Assembly: GCA_000004695.1 (NCBI GenBank)
Contig: CM000153.2
Span: 1,792,001-1,856,000 of the forward strand
DNA from: Dictyostelium discoideum
Lineage: Eukaryota
Reading direction: 5' to 3'
DNA: 64,000 bases
In this document: positions 1-12,772 of the stretch, piece after piece
How positions within the stretch are numbered: position 1 is the stretch's first letter
How the letters are laid out: each line of letters starts with the position of its first letter
The notes under the pieces: generated by a model
What the model saw: only the letters and a program-made list of their open reading frames with translations
The model's database searches: none
What the model was told of the DNA's origin: nothing
Made by a program: the position numbers and the translations under genes

Positions 1-426
1 TAAAAAATAATTTTTTTATTTTTTTTTTTTATTTTTTTTTTTTTCTAAACATATTAATTTATACAAATATTACAATTAATAATTTTTTAAAAATAATAGT
101 AAACACACTCATTGTATTTTTTTTTTTTTTTTATTTTATTTTTTTTTTTTTTTTTATTTTATTTAGAAAAAAAAAAAAAAAAAATTTCCTAATTTAAAAG
201 GTTATTTCACAAAAACCACATATACAAATTATAGCAAACATGTAATTAAGATAATCTATATCAAAAAAAAGGTATTGGGTAAATCATTTTTATTTATTAT
301 TCCCAAAAAAAAAAAAAAAACCTTTTAAAAAAAAAAAAACTTTTAAAAAAAAAAAGAAAAAAAAGTATTGGTTTATATAAAAAAAAAAATAAAAAAGATA
401 ATTTTTATTTTTAAATATATCAAAAA

Positions 427-983
427 ATGAGAGTATTAAATTTATTATTACCAATATTATTAATAATAGGAATTGTATCCTGCTCAAGTAATGTTTATTA
501 TTGTAATTCCAATGACCCAAATAATTGTAAATATAATATTATATATTTTTTTTATTTTTTTTTTTTTCAATAAATGTAAAATTTAAATTTATAAGAAATG
601 AATATTTATATATTTTTTTTTTCATTATTTTAAAAATAATTATAATAATATTAAATTTAGATTGCAAAGATGTTATTATTACACAAAAGGAAATTGGGAA
701 TTGGAACCAAGGAAATAGAGGTGGTGCAGAATATACTCAATGGGAAGTAACATTAGAAAATAAATTAGATTTTAGTTTAACACAATTTTACATTTTAAGA
801 GATTATACACTAAAAATTAGAGATAGAAAATCAATTTGGAATGTACAAGAAATTGAAAGTACCAATAATTTAATTTTACCAACTTATCAAAATTCAATTG
901 GTTCAAAAAGTAATTGGATTTTTGGTTTCATTTTACAAGATTCTGAACCTGCTAATTTAACATTAGAAGCAATATCATTTTGA
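427..983 (+). CDS. Small secreted protein with a CBM49-type (Dictyostelium cellulose-binding) domain; 2 exons, about 427..526 and 661..983
   Basis: ATG at 427 starts a hydrophobic signal peptide (MRVLNLLLPILLIIGIVSCSS). The donor is AATAATT|gtaaat near 526 and the acceptor aaatttag| at 660. Exon 2 encodes ...YCKDVIITQKEIGNWNQGNRGGAEYTQWEVTLENK...NLILPTYQ...WIFGFILQDSEPANLTLEAISF*. This matches the W..G..YtQ..v.itN / lP / FGfI pattern of CBM49 domains. Stop TGA is at 981-983. Confidence 0.5.
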
Positions 984-1616
984 ATGAAGAATATATATAA
1001 AAAATAAAATTCAAATTAAAAGATATATAATCTCATTTTCAAATAATTATTTATTTATTTTTTATTTATTATAATTTAATATTAAATTTATTACTTGCAC
1101 ATAATTAAGAAACAATTCGTATATTGTTATTGTTTCAATATAAATTTTACACTCCCTACTTGGGGTTTTTTTTTTTTTTTTTTTTTTTTCATTTTTCATT
1201 TAATATGATTTTTTTAAATGATTAAAGAATTCGAAAAATATGTATTAAATAGTAAAAACATTAAAAAAATGTTTTTTTTTTTGACGACAACAGTTTTTAA
1301 AATATTAACTTTTAAAACAATTATAAGAATGAGGTCAAAATATCTAATATCTTTTTAAAAATTATATTTTTTTTTTTTTTTTTTTTTCCAAAAATTTTTA
1401 AGACAAATAAAAAAAAAAAAAACAATGAAATAAAATTCTTATAAATATTCAGTATTATTTTATTTCATTTTTCAAGAAAAACAAAAAACCAAAAACAAAT
1501 TAGAAATAAAAACGCACATAAACAAAAAAAATACATATTATAATACTATATTTTATTTATTTAATAATAATTAATTTTTTATAAATTTCAATTTTAATTT
1601 TTAAAAAAAAACAAAA

Positions 1617-1848
1617 ATGGAGTACAAAGAAAAAGAGATCAATACATCATCACCTTCATCACCAAGTAAAACCCAAATTTCAAATATTGAAAATGATTCA
1701 ATTTCTGAAAAAGCACAAGAACCAATTTCTGAAAAAGTACAAGACCCAATTTCCGAAAAAGCACAAGAATCAATTTCTGAAAAAGAACATATTGAATCAA
1801 ATAATGTTAGTGAAATTATTGATTTAATTAAAAGTGGTGATCAGCATC

Positions 1849-1909
<61 letters not shown>

Positions 1910-3080
1910 AGAAGAGAATCAAGAAATCAATTATAATGACAACCAATTATCAAATGAAGAAATAGTTGAAGATGTTAAAAATTCAAATATTAATAATAAT
2001 AATACAATTGAAAAAGGAAATTCAAGTCAAAATAATAATAAAAATAATAATAATAATTATCATACTGAAAAATGTGATTATTGTTTAATTTGTAAATGTT
2101 ATGATTATGGTGAAATTACACATAATATTGTTGAAGATTCAGAAATTTTAAAACAATCAATTAGATACTCATATGTTGATGATACATCAATTAATTCAAT
2201 ATTGGCACATAGAAATTATGCAGAAAAAGAAGCAATAATGAAGAAATTTAATGATAAATATAATAAGAGTTTAGAAACAGAATTAGCAAGTCACACTCAT
2301 CAAAAATATAGACGTACTTTAATTTCAATTTTAACAGAACCAAGTATATATGATACATTAAATATTGAAAATTCAATTAAAACAAAGAATTCAAATACAT
2401 TATTGGAAATTTTATTAACAAGAACCAATGAACAAAAAGAATTAATTAAAAGAATTTATTTAGTTAAGTATGGTAAAAACATTGAACATGATATAATTGC
2501 TAAATTTTCAAATGGTGCAAATGTGAATGGTAACATGATGAAACAATTATTAATTTCAATGTTAAATAATGACCGTGATTCAAATTCAAATCAATCATTG
2601 GATATGAATTTAATAAACACTGATTCCAATAGACTATATCAAGCTGGTGAACATAAAAAAGGAACAGATCATGAAGTTTTCATTGAAATTTTAAGCAAAC
2701 GTTCTTTTTCACATTTAAGTGAACTGGATCGTGTTTATGAAAATTCAAATCCAAAAGGACATTCATTAAGAAAAGCAATTGAATTAGAATTTGGTGTATC
2801 GAAATCAATTAAACAAGTTAAAATTTCGTTATTAGATATATTATTATTTTCAAAAGAACCTTCAAAATATTGGGCTGAACAATTTAATCGTGCATTAACA
2901 AGTGGTTCTTGGGGAATTAATGAAATTGATTTAACTCGTTTAACAATAACTCAACAACATCAAGCTAGTAAAATTAAACAAGCTTATATCTCTCATTATG
3001 ATAATAGTTTAATAAATGAAGTTTCTTCAAAAACTTCATTTAGATATAAGAAAATCATTTTATCAATGTTAACAGTTTGA
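1617..3080 (+). CDS. Annexin-family protein (S/N/E-rich N-terminal region followed by four annexin repeats)
   Basis: Single 487-aa ORF. The C-terminal 320 aa carry annexin-repeat signatures: LLEILLTRTNEQKELIKRIY..., RLYQAGEHKKGTDHEVFIEILSKRSFSHLSELDRVYEN, and LTRLTITQQHQASKIKQAY. The N-terminus has PISEKAQE/PISEKVQD repeats and an N20 tract encoded by (AAT)n. Confidence 0.75.
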
Positions 3081-3281
3081 AATTTCTTCAAATTACTTTA
3101 TAAATAAATTAATTTTTTAACTTTTTATAGAATATTCTATTTTATTTATTTATCATTTTTTAAATTAATAATTATAATAATGTTTTTGAAAAGAATACTT
3201 TAATTGATTTTTTTTTTTTTTTTCATATATATTACTTTTTTTAAAATTGTAATATTACAAACTTTTTTTTTTTTTAAAATT

Positions 3282-5504
<2,223 letters not shown>

Positions 5505-6252
5505 TTTTCTTTGATTTTTATTTGATTATTAATTCATTAATGAATCAATAAATAAAAAAATAAAAAATAAAAAAAATAAAAAAAAAGTGGAAAATGAGAA
5601 ATGAAAATTTAAATATATAAATATAGGTAAATGAATGAAAATGATTTTTTTTTTTTTTTTATGAAAATAAAAAATTAAAAACATTTCAAAAAAAAATTAA
5701 AAAAAAAAAAAAAAAAAATTAAAAAAAAGACCGCCAAAAATACAAGTAAATTATTTTTTTTCTTTTTTATTTTTTACAATATTAAACAGTTTATTTAAAC
5801 AATAAAAAATAAAAAATAAAAAATAAAATTTTACCACCTCTAAAATAATTTGTTTTTTTAAGGATTTTCTTTAAAACAATCTATTAAATAAGGTAATTTT
5901 TATAAAAAAAAAAAAAATGAATAAAAAATAAATAACAAATAAAATAAAACAACCTTTTTAAAAAAAATTATTATTTTATTACTACAATTAATCAAAGAAA
6001 TCAACAATTCTAAAAATAAAATAAACAAATGTTTTTTATTTTTATTTTTATTTTTTTTATAATTTAATTTATTTTTATTTTTTTTTATTTTTATTTTTTT
6101 ACTTTTTTCAAACTACCACCGACTTCATTAAAAAAAAAAAAAAAAAAAAAAAATTTTTCCTTTTTTTTAAAATAAATAAAAAAAAAAAAATGAAAAATTT
6201 TTTTTCATTTTCAAAATTAACACCACATCTTAAAAACATATACCACAGAAAC

Positions 6253-7209
6253 ATGACATACACAACTAAACAAGTAGGAGAAACTGGTTCACTTGAATAC
6301 CGTCTTTTCTTTTGTATGTATAATTTATTATTTTCTTGATCAAAAAAAAAAAAAAAAAAAAAAAAAAATATTTTACTAATCGTTTTTATTTTATTTTTTT
6401 TTTCACATTTTTACACTTTTATTTTTTAATTTTAAAATTTAAAATTTAAAATTTAAAATTTAAAAATATAAAATTTATTTTATAAATATATAGTAAAAGA
6501 TAATAAACCAGTATCATCATTCCATGATGTTCCATTATGGGTTAATAAAGAGAAACAAATTGTTAATATGTTAGTTGAAATTCCAAGAGGTACCAATGCC
6601 AAATTAGAGATTGCCACCAAAGAATATATGAATCCAATTAAACAAGATGTTAAAGATGGTAAATTAAGATTTGTTCACGACAAATACCCATTCAACTATG
6701 GTGCATTACCACAAACTTGGGAAAGTCCAGAACACACTCACCCATCAACCGGTGCTAAAGGTGATAATGATCCATTAGACGCTTGTGAAATTGGTTCTGG
6801 TCAAGGTGTAACTGGTGAATTCAAACAAGTTAAAGTTCTTGGTGTTTTCGCTATGATTGATGCCGGTGAAACCGATTGGAAGATCCTTTGCATTGACGTT
6901 AACGATCCAATTGCTTCACAAATCAACTCTCAAGAAGATATTGAAAAACATTTACCAGGTAAAATTAATGAAGTCTACACCTTTTTAAGAGATTACAAAA
7001 TCCCAGATGGTAAAGGTCCAAATCAATTCGCTTTTGATGGTAAATTACAATCAATTGATTTCTCCATGAAAATCATTGAGGAAACTGAAGCTGAATGGAA
7101 AGATTTAGTTGGTGGTAAAACAAAATCATCACTCTCTGTTGTAAACACAACTTTAAATGATTCAAATACTGTTACCGCTGATGTTGCTGCTCAAAAACTT
7201 AACTTTTGA
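6253..7209 (+). CDS. ppa1: Inorganic pyrophosphatase; 2 exons, 6253..6313 and 6494..7209
   Basis: Exon 1 is MTYTTKQVGETGSLEYRLFF with donor gtatgt. Exon 2 after acceptor atatatag gives LKDNKPVSSFHDVPLWVNKEKQIVNMLVEIPRGTNAKLEI...DPLDACEIG...KVLGVFAMIDAGETDWKIL. These are the canonical family I soluble PPase motifs (EYRvF, SpfHDiPl, D-x-D-P-x-D). An in-frame upstream ATG at about 6191 would add a 20-aa extension; which start is used is unresolved. Confidence 0.85.
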
Positions 7210-7440
7210 CTCAATAATAATAATAATAAAATAATTTCAAAACTATAGAAAATAAATAATGTTTTGGTTTAATGTAAAAAAAAAAAAAAAAAAAAGATCT
7301 TAATTTGTATTAAGATATTAATATTTTTTAAAATTTTTTTCATTTTTTTTTATTTTTTTTTTTTTTTTTTATATCTTAAAATTATATTTTAATTTAATTT
7401 TAAAATTTTAGATCTTTTTTTTTTTTTTTTAAATATATAT

Positions 7441-7476
<36 letters not shown>

Positions 7477-7492
7477 CTTTTATTATTATTAT

Positions 7493-9319
7493 TTATAATT
7501 CGGATTGAAGTTTTCTTAATTCTTCTAAAAACTTTTGTTCATTATTTATTTTTTCAATTGCAGTTGGTGGAATAAATTCTCCAGAATTTAATTTTTCTTT
7601 TAATACTTCAACCTCTTTGAGTTTTCTTTCAACATTTCTAATTTTCTTTTCAATTGGTGTTAGTTCTCTCTTTGGTTCATCTGCAGCTGGTTTTGTTGTG
7701 GTGGTGGTAGTATTGTTTGTTGTTGTTGTTGATGATGGTTTTTGTTTTGGTTTAAAAGTTGATGATGATTTGGCAGAAGCTAAATAAACTTTAAAACCAC
7801 TTGGAAGTGGAGCACCCATTGCAGGTGGTGAAGTTACAACTGGTGGAGCAGCTTGCATATTTCTAAGTGATGGTGGTGTATATTTTTGTGGTTGTGGTGA
7901 AGATTCTTTTTGTTGTTGTATACTTGGATAGACGATTCTTTCATTTGGGAAGACGAGTGGATTTAAAGGTCTCCAAGAGGCTTGATAAAGTTCAGGTATG
8001 TTTTCTTGATAGACGATAGTGTTATCGTATTTGATGATTTTAACACCATTGTCAACACGAATACGTGGTGAAAGGACAGCGGTCATAAAGTGAACGGAAT
8101 CAGCAGACCATTCAGTGTAAATGGCACAATGAGATTGAGTGCCACAAATTCTCTTGTAACGTGTTAAATCCCAAAAGTCCATATCACCTTGAAGATTACC
8201 AAAACCACCCAAACATAACAATTGACCATTTGGAGAGAAACGAATGGTGTTTCTTGGATTGAGACCAAAATCGACCAATGGTTCACCCTTTAAATTGAAA
8301 AGTGTAGTTTGTGATGGCATATTACCATAGCAAACCATGAATTGATCCAAAGTTGGGCTCCATTGAACGTCGTGAATTGGTCCTTTGATGTTGAGATTGA
8401 AACTACTACCATCTTGTGAGAGGAACCAAAGACCGGTTTCACCATAGTATGATTTACCCGATTTATCAGTGTCGGTGAATGTGTGGACAAGGATTGCGTT
8501 ACCCTTTTTATTCCACAATACCTTTGCTTCTGAAGCCTTGAAAAACTTCAAATGAGAGCAATATTCGTTGACAGTTGGATATGAGTAGATACGTGCTGAA
8601 CCTGGGGTGCTACCTTTCTCTGGTACAAAGGTTGCGATTTTGTATGGACCACCATTGGTAGCTGGTGCAAACTCGAATGAGGAGATGTCTTGTAATTTGA
8701 TCTTCTTTGCCAATACACCAATTGAACGACCATTGAAAAAGTGTACCTCGTTTGAGATCAATTTACCTGCCAATACTTCATCATCGGTCCACTTGATGAG
8801 TGGCCAATTCTCTTGGTTACAATATTTCTGTGAGGTTTTATAGAGGATGGAGGCCTGTTTGATATCCCACACAATGAGGTTGTTTTCATTGTTATTGTAT
8901 TCTGACATTCTCTCCCATGTTAAGAGGAAACTGTTTTGTGGTGAAAATGATATCATTCCAACATTTGGTCTATTGATTACAGAGTGAACTGATCCACCAT
9001 CACTATTGCAAATTACAATCTCATTCAAATTAACATATGCAATCAATGTACCATCCTTACTGTATTCAACATGACGACAATCTCCATTACTATATGATGG
9101 TAAATTTAAATTCTTTCCATATTGTTGCCCAATCTCTTGATATGCATTGGTTTTTGATCTAACTACAAATTGTAATTTTGGTGTAGTTAATGTTTCTGTT
9201 GTTGTTGTTGTTGTACTATTTGATGCTACTGATGTTAATGTTGGTGAGCTTTGTGATGGTGATGGTGATGTTGTAGTTGTAGTAGTAGTATTATTATTAT
9301 TATTATTTGGGGCACTCAT
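7493..9319 (-). CDS. Eukaryotic translation initiation factor 2A (eIF2A, 65-kDa beta-propeller protein)
   Basis: Single 608-aa ORF. NEVHFFNGRSIGVLAKKIKLQDISSFEFAPATNGGPYKIATFVPEKGSTPGSARIYSYP aligns closely with the human EIF2A motif NEVHFFENNNF...KINDFVLSPGPQPYKVAVYVPGSKGAPSFVRLYQYP. The C-terminal KKIRNVERKLKEVEVLKEKL...LEELRKLQ also matches the EIF2A tail. The N-terminus is poly-N/T/S. Confidence 0.8.
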   Translation of the reverse strand: MSAPNNNNNNTTTTTTTSPSPSQSSPTLTSVASNSTTTTTTETLTTPKLQFVVRSKTNAYQEIGQQYGKNLNLPSYSNGDCRHVEYSKDGTLIAYVNLNEIVICNSDGGSVHSVINRPNVGMISFSPQNSFLLTWERMSEYNNNENNLIVWDIKQASILYKTSQKYCNQENWPLIKWTDDEVLAGKLISNEVHFFNGRSIGVLAKKIKLQDISSFEFAPATNGGPYKIATFVPEKGSTPGSARIYSYPTVNEYCSHLKFFKASEAKVLWNKKGNAILVHTFTDTDKSGKSYYGETGLWFLSQDGSSFNLNIKGPIHDVQWSPTLDQFMVCYGNMPSQTTLFNLKGEPLVDFGLNPRNTIRFSPNGQLLCLGGFGNLQGDMDFWDLTRYKRICGTQSHCAIYTEWSADSVHFMTAVLSPRIRVDNGVKIIKYDNTIVYQENIPELYQASWRPLNPLVFPNERIVYPSIQQQKESSPQPQKYTPPSLRNMQAAPPVVTSPPAMGAPLPSGFKVYLASAKSSSTFKPKQKPSSTTTTNNTTTTTTKPAADEPKRELTPIEKKIRNVERKLKEVEVLKEKLNSGEFIPPTAIEKINNEQKFLEELRKLQSEL

Positions 9320-9382
9320 TTCTTTTTATTATTATTAATTATTAATTATTATTATTTATTATTTAAAAATAGAAAAATTTAT

Positions 9383-9421
<39 letters not shown>

Positions 9422-10330
9422 ATGTTTATTTGTATGTATTTATTTAAAATATAGTATTATTTTAAAATTGTTATTATTGTTGTTATTATTAATATTATTA
9501 TTATAAAATTAATTCTTTTTTTATTTTTCAAATATATGTAGAAATTATTACTATTTAAAATATTATTATTATTTTATTATTAGTTATTTATTATTTTATT
9601 ATTAGTTATTTATTATTTATTAATACTATGTGCGCTCTTACTACTCTCTCTCCTGTCTCACTCTTTATCGTTTTTCTATAACTGTGATCCCCTTTTGTGG
9701 TTTGCGATTTCACATATAAAAATTTAAAAAAAACTTTTTTTTTCAAAAAAAAAAATTTAAAAAAAAAAAAAAAAATAAAAAAAAATAAAAAAAATTTCAC
9801 AAAAAAAAAAAAATAAAAATAAAAATAAATAAATAAAAATAAAATAAATTAAAAAAAATTAAAATAAAATAATAAATTTAATTAAAATCACAGTGCTAAA
9901 ATAAAAACAATAAAGTGACGAATAGATTTGTCAAATAAAAATTTAATTTAATTAAAAATAATTTCCAAAAAAAAAAAAAAAAAAAAAATATTCAAGTGAT
10001 CGGTATTAAACAAGAAAAAAAAAAAAAATAAAAAAAAAATAATAATATTAAATTTAAATCTTGTTTTCTTTTAATTTTTTTTTTTTAGAAATCATAAAAA
10101 ATCCAATGTTTCTATTAATATTGAGATTGAAAATCATAATATATTCCAAGAGTGTCCAGTTTGTACCATTTGTTAAAGAGAATCAAATAGGAAAGTTTTT
10201 CATCTTCAGACAGTTCTTCATTGATCCAACAAATATTATGAATTTTTGATGTCATTATGTTCTATATGCGCATAATGGCATTTAAAGTTCTGAATAGTCA
10301 TATTTTCACATTTGATTAGAGACTGAATGA

Positions 10331-10341
10331 GAATCGAACCT
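10331..10341 (-). promoter_or_regulatory. External B box (exB), an extra Pol III B-box copy about 33-43 bp downstream of the tRNA 3' end
   Basis: The minus strand reads GGTTCGATTCTC, which matches the B-box consensus GGTTCGAATCC. Dictyostelium tRNA genes frequently carry such an exB box 20-40 bp downstream; this is established knowledge. Confidence 0.5.
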
Positions 10342-10372
10342 CCGACGATATATGGGTAGGCGAAAAAAATTT

Positions 10373-10445
10373 CGCCCAAAGGGGGGCTCGAACCCCCGAC
10401 CACAAGGTTAAAAGCCTTGCGCTCTACCGACTGAGCTATCTGGGC
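10373..10445 (-). tRNA. tRNA-Lys (anticodon UUU), 73 nt
   Basis: Reverse complement of 10373-10445 is GCCCAGATAGCTCAGTCGGTAGAGCGCAAGGCTTTTAACCTTGTGGTCGGGGGTTCGAGCCCCCCTTTGGGCG. The acceptor stem has 7 bp with one G-U pair. The D stem is GCTC/GAGC. The anticodon stem is CAAGG/CCTTG with loop CTTTTAA. The T arm is GGGGG-TTCGAGC-CCCCC. The ORF track's minus-strand ORF 10236..10502 is the tRNA being translated. Confidence 0.85.
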
Positions 10446-10477
10446 ATTTTTGAATTTTAAATTAAAAATAAACCCAA

Positions 10478-10499
10478 TAAAGAATAATTTTAACCAATT

Positions 10500-10533
<34 letters not shown>

Positions 10534-10581
10534 AAGAATAATTTTAAAAATTATAACAATAATAATAATAATAATAATAAT

Positions 10582-10614
<33 letters not shown>

Positions 10615-10627
10615 TAAGAATAACAAG

Positions 10628-10666
<39 letters not shown>

Positions 10667-11120
10667 AAACTCTCCTAGAACACACTCAAATTGAGTGATG
10701 TTATTAAAAAAAAAAAAAAAAGAATAATTTTAAACTACACTCTAACTTAGTGTGGACACACTTGGAATGTGGAGATTTTAAACCATCTACAAATTGCACT
10801 AATATCCAATTTAATAGCTATCATATTCGAAAAAATATGGCAAAAAAGAAACAAACTGATTCACGATGAAAAAGAAATAATAATTCATCATACGTGAACT
10901 AATTAAAACACAAAGAGCTGCATGGGACAGGACACAAGCGGTGATAAACAAAACATTAAGAATCAAATCAAAGCAACGACCAGAAGAATTAGACTCATTA
11001 ATCTCGCTAAAGCTATTACAATTTAGCAGACAATGGAACTCACCTCTTCACGCAATAGCACTTCCTAAACATCTCAAAAAATACAACAATTCACTCAGTA
11101 CTTTCTATAAATAAAAAAAA

Positions 11121-11171
<51 letters not shown>

Positions 11172-11625
11172 AAAAAAAAAAAAACCTGGGGACCCAAGTT
11201 AATCAGAAAATTTCCAGATTTATAACTTTTTAAAGTAAAATAAAAAAAATAGAAAGAAAACAAGTTGAAAATTACAAACAACACCACAAATATTAAGCAA
11301 CATAAATGCCTACATAAAATAAGCGAAATTGTGGATAAAACTCATATAAAAAAAAAACAATTCAAATATGTCATCAACATCAATCACGAACCAGACGATA
11401 AAATAAAAAAAGATTTAGAAAAATGTTTGGACAAAAAATATGTTTTAATCAAAAGTTATAATACAATTCAAAATTCGAAACAAAAAAAAAAAAAAAAAAA
11501 AAAAGTAAACTAACCCCTCTTTTAGAGACCCTGTAAAAAAACTAAAATAAAATGAGATCTAGCATCTCAAGGAGAAGCAACCAATAATTGCGTTATCCAA
11601 TTCAAAAAAAAAAGAATAATTTTAA
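10478..11625 (+). mobile_element. Nest of three 5'-truncated, poly(A)-terminated non-LTR retroelement (TRE5-like) insertions bounded by four copies of the target-site duplication (T)AAAGAATAATTTTAA, beginning about 33-47 bp upstream of the tRNA-Lys gene
   Basis: Direct repeats sit at 10478-10493, 10532-10547, 10719-10733 and 11611-11625. Unit 1 (10494-10531) is ccaattc plus A30. Unit 2 (10548-10718) is AT-rich sequence ...gagtgatgttatt plus poly(A). Unit 3 (10734-11610) is an 875-bp moderately GC-rich body with internal A75 and A27 tracts, ending ...gcgttatccaattc plus A10. The ccaattc-poly(A) terminus is shared by units 1 and 3. Orientation is poly(A) distal to the tRNA. The family assignment (TRE5-A/B/C) is inference from the position only. 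Confidence 0.5.
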
Positions 11626-11928
11626 AAAGAAAATGAATTTTTTATTTTAAAAAAACATTTTAAAAAACAAACTTTAATAAATTTAAGAATTTTCTTTACA
11701 AATTTTAATTTTAATGGAAAATTCTAAAAGACATTTTTTGGATTGGTTTCACCAAAAAAAAAACTGTTTTTGTTAGAGTTATCCTATTTTTAAATGGTCC
11801 GACTTATTCAAGAGAATACATTAGTCGAAATTAAGATATTTTTATTATATAAAAATAAAATAATTTTTTTTTTTTTTTTCCCATTCACTTTTTTATTTTT
11901 AATTTTTACTTTTATTATTTTCCTATAA

Positions 11929-12736
11929 ATGAATAAATTCTATAATTGTATTATATTTTTAATTATATATAAATTTATTTTTATAAGGTGTGTAGATGCA
12001 CAAACATCTACTTTGAAACAAACAGAATTTGATTGTATGGTTGCATTCCTAAATGTTTTTTCAAATGGAGTAACACCAGATTTAAATAGTACTGGTTTTT
12101 ATAATTTAAATAGAACTTCTACAATGGGTGTAAGAGCAAGTGAAATAAGGAATTTTGGAGTTTATCAATTGTAAGAAAATTATAATAAATATATATATTT
12201 AAATTTATAATTTTAATTAATTTCTTTCTCAAATTAATTTTAGGTTCATTAATCAAAACAACTACCCCAATTGATCTATCAATTTTCTCATGTTTAAAAT
12301 CTGCTATTTCAGTTTCATTTTATAATCTACACCTAGATTCAATTGGATCTGTGATTTCTTCATCTTCATTACCATCAACATTAATAATTCATTCTAATTC
12401 TGAATATGGTGTAACATTTGGAAAGATTAAACCTGGAATTTAAACTTTTTCTTTATATATAAGCAACAACCAACAGATCTTAATATTAATTTTTCGATGA
12501 TAAATACCACAACTACTTTGTAAGTTTTTTTTTTTTTTTTTTTTCATTTTTTTTTTTTTCTTTATTAATTATAGAAATCCCACTTTTGATTAATGATAAT
12601 AATTTTAAAATACACTTGTATAATGATCTTGGAAAAAATTGGTCACCAACTACTTGACAAATAGATACTTTTACTTCCCAAGGTTTAAAATGGTTAATAA
12701 ATTCTCCAAATCTTGAAATTAATTTGGTAAACCAGT

Positions 12737-12772
<36 letters not shown>

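Noticed and set aside
290-520. Minus-strand ORF 290..520 and other short F/K/I-rich ORFs in intergenic A/T homopolymer DNA (5261-5464, 9606-9800, 11105-11513, 19988-20472, 27425-28176, 34279-34503, 41130-41327, 43345-43820, 46816-47007, 47670-47924, 51438-51647, 57526-57780, 58418-58603, 63711-63896)
   Set aside because: Their composition is poly-F/K/I/L from poly(T) or poly(A) runs, with no start context, no conservation-like sequence, and frequent overlap with better genes on the other strand.
6191-6252. In-frame upstream ATG for the pyrophosphatase (MKNFFSFSKLTPHLKNIYHRN-) as a targeting presequence
   Set aside because: It is plausible but unsupported. The sequence is embedded in poly(A) and poly(T) tracts typical of promoters, so I kept the conservative start at 6253 and mention the alternative only in the feature.
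8290-9338. Short ORFs internal or antisense to the eIF2A gene (8290-8490, 8548-8733, 8607-8843, 9147-9338), and likewise inside other long genes (3580-3813, 3988-4197, 4937-5152, 17970-18272, 22094-22276, 24528-24716, 25369-25578, 26593-26799, 28734-29167, 35514-35753, 37496-38101, 49260-49628, 50072-51265, 52357-53127, 54739-54942, 55591-55845, 60991-61474, 62342-62617)
   Set aside because: These are alternative-frame or antisense ORFs nested in well-supported coding regions; there is no independent support.
10236-10502. Minus-strand ORF (88 aa) containing AQSVERKAFNLVVGGSSPPLG
   Set aside because: It is the tRNA-Lys gene and its exB box read as protein.
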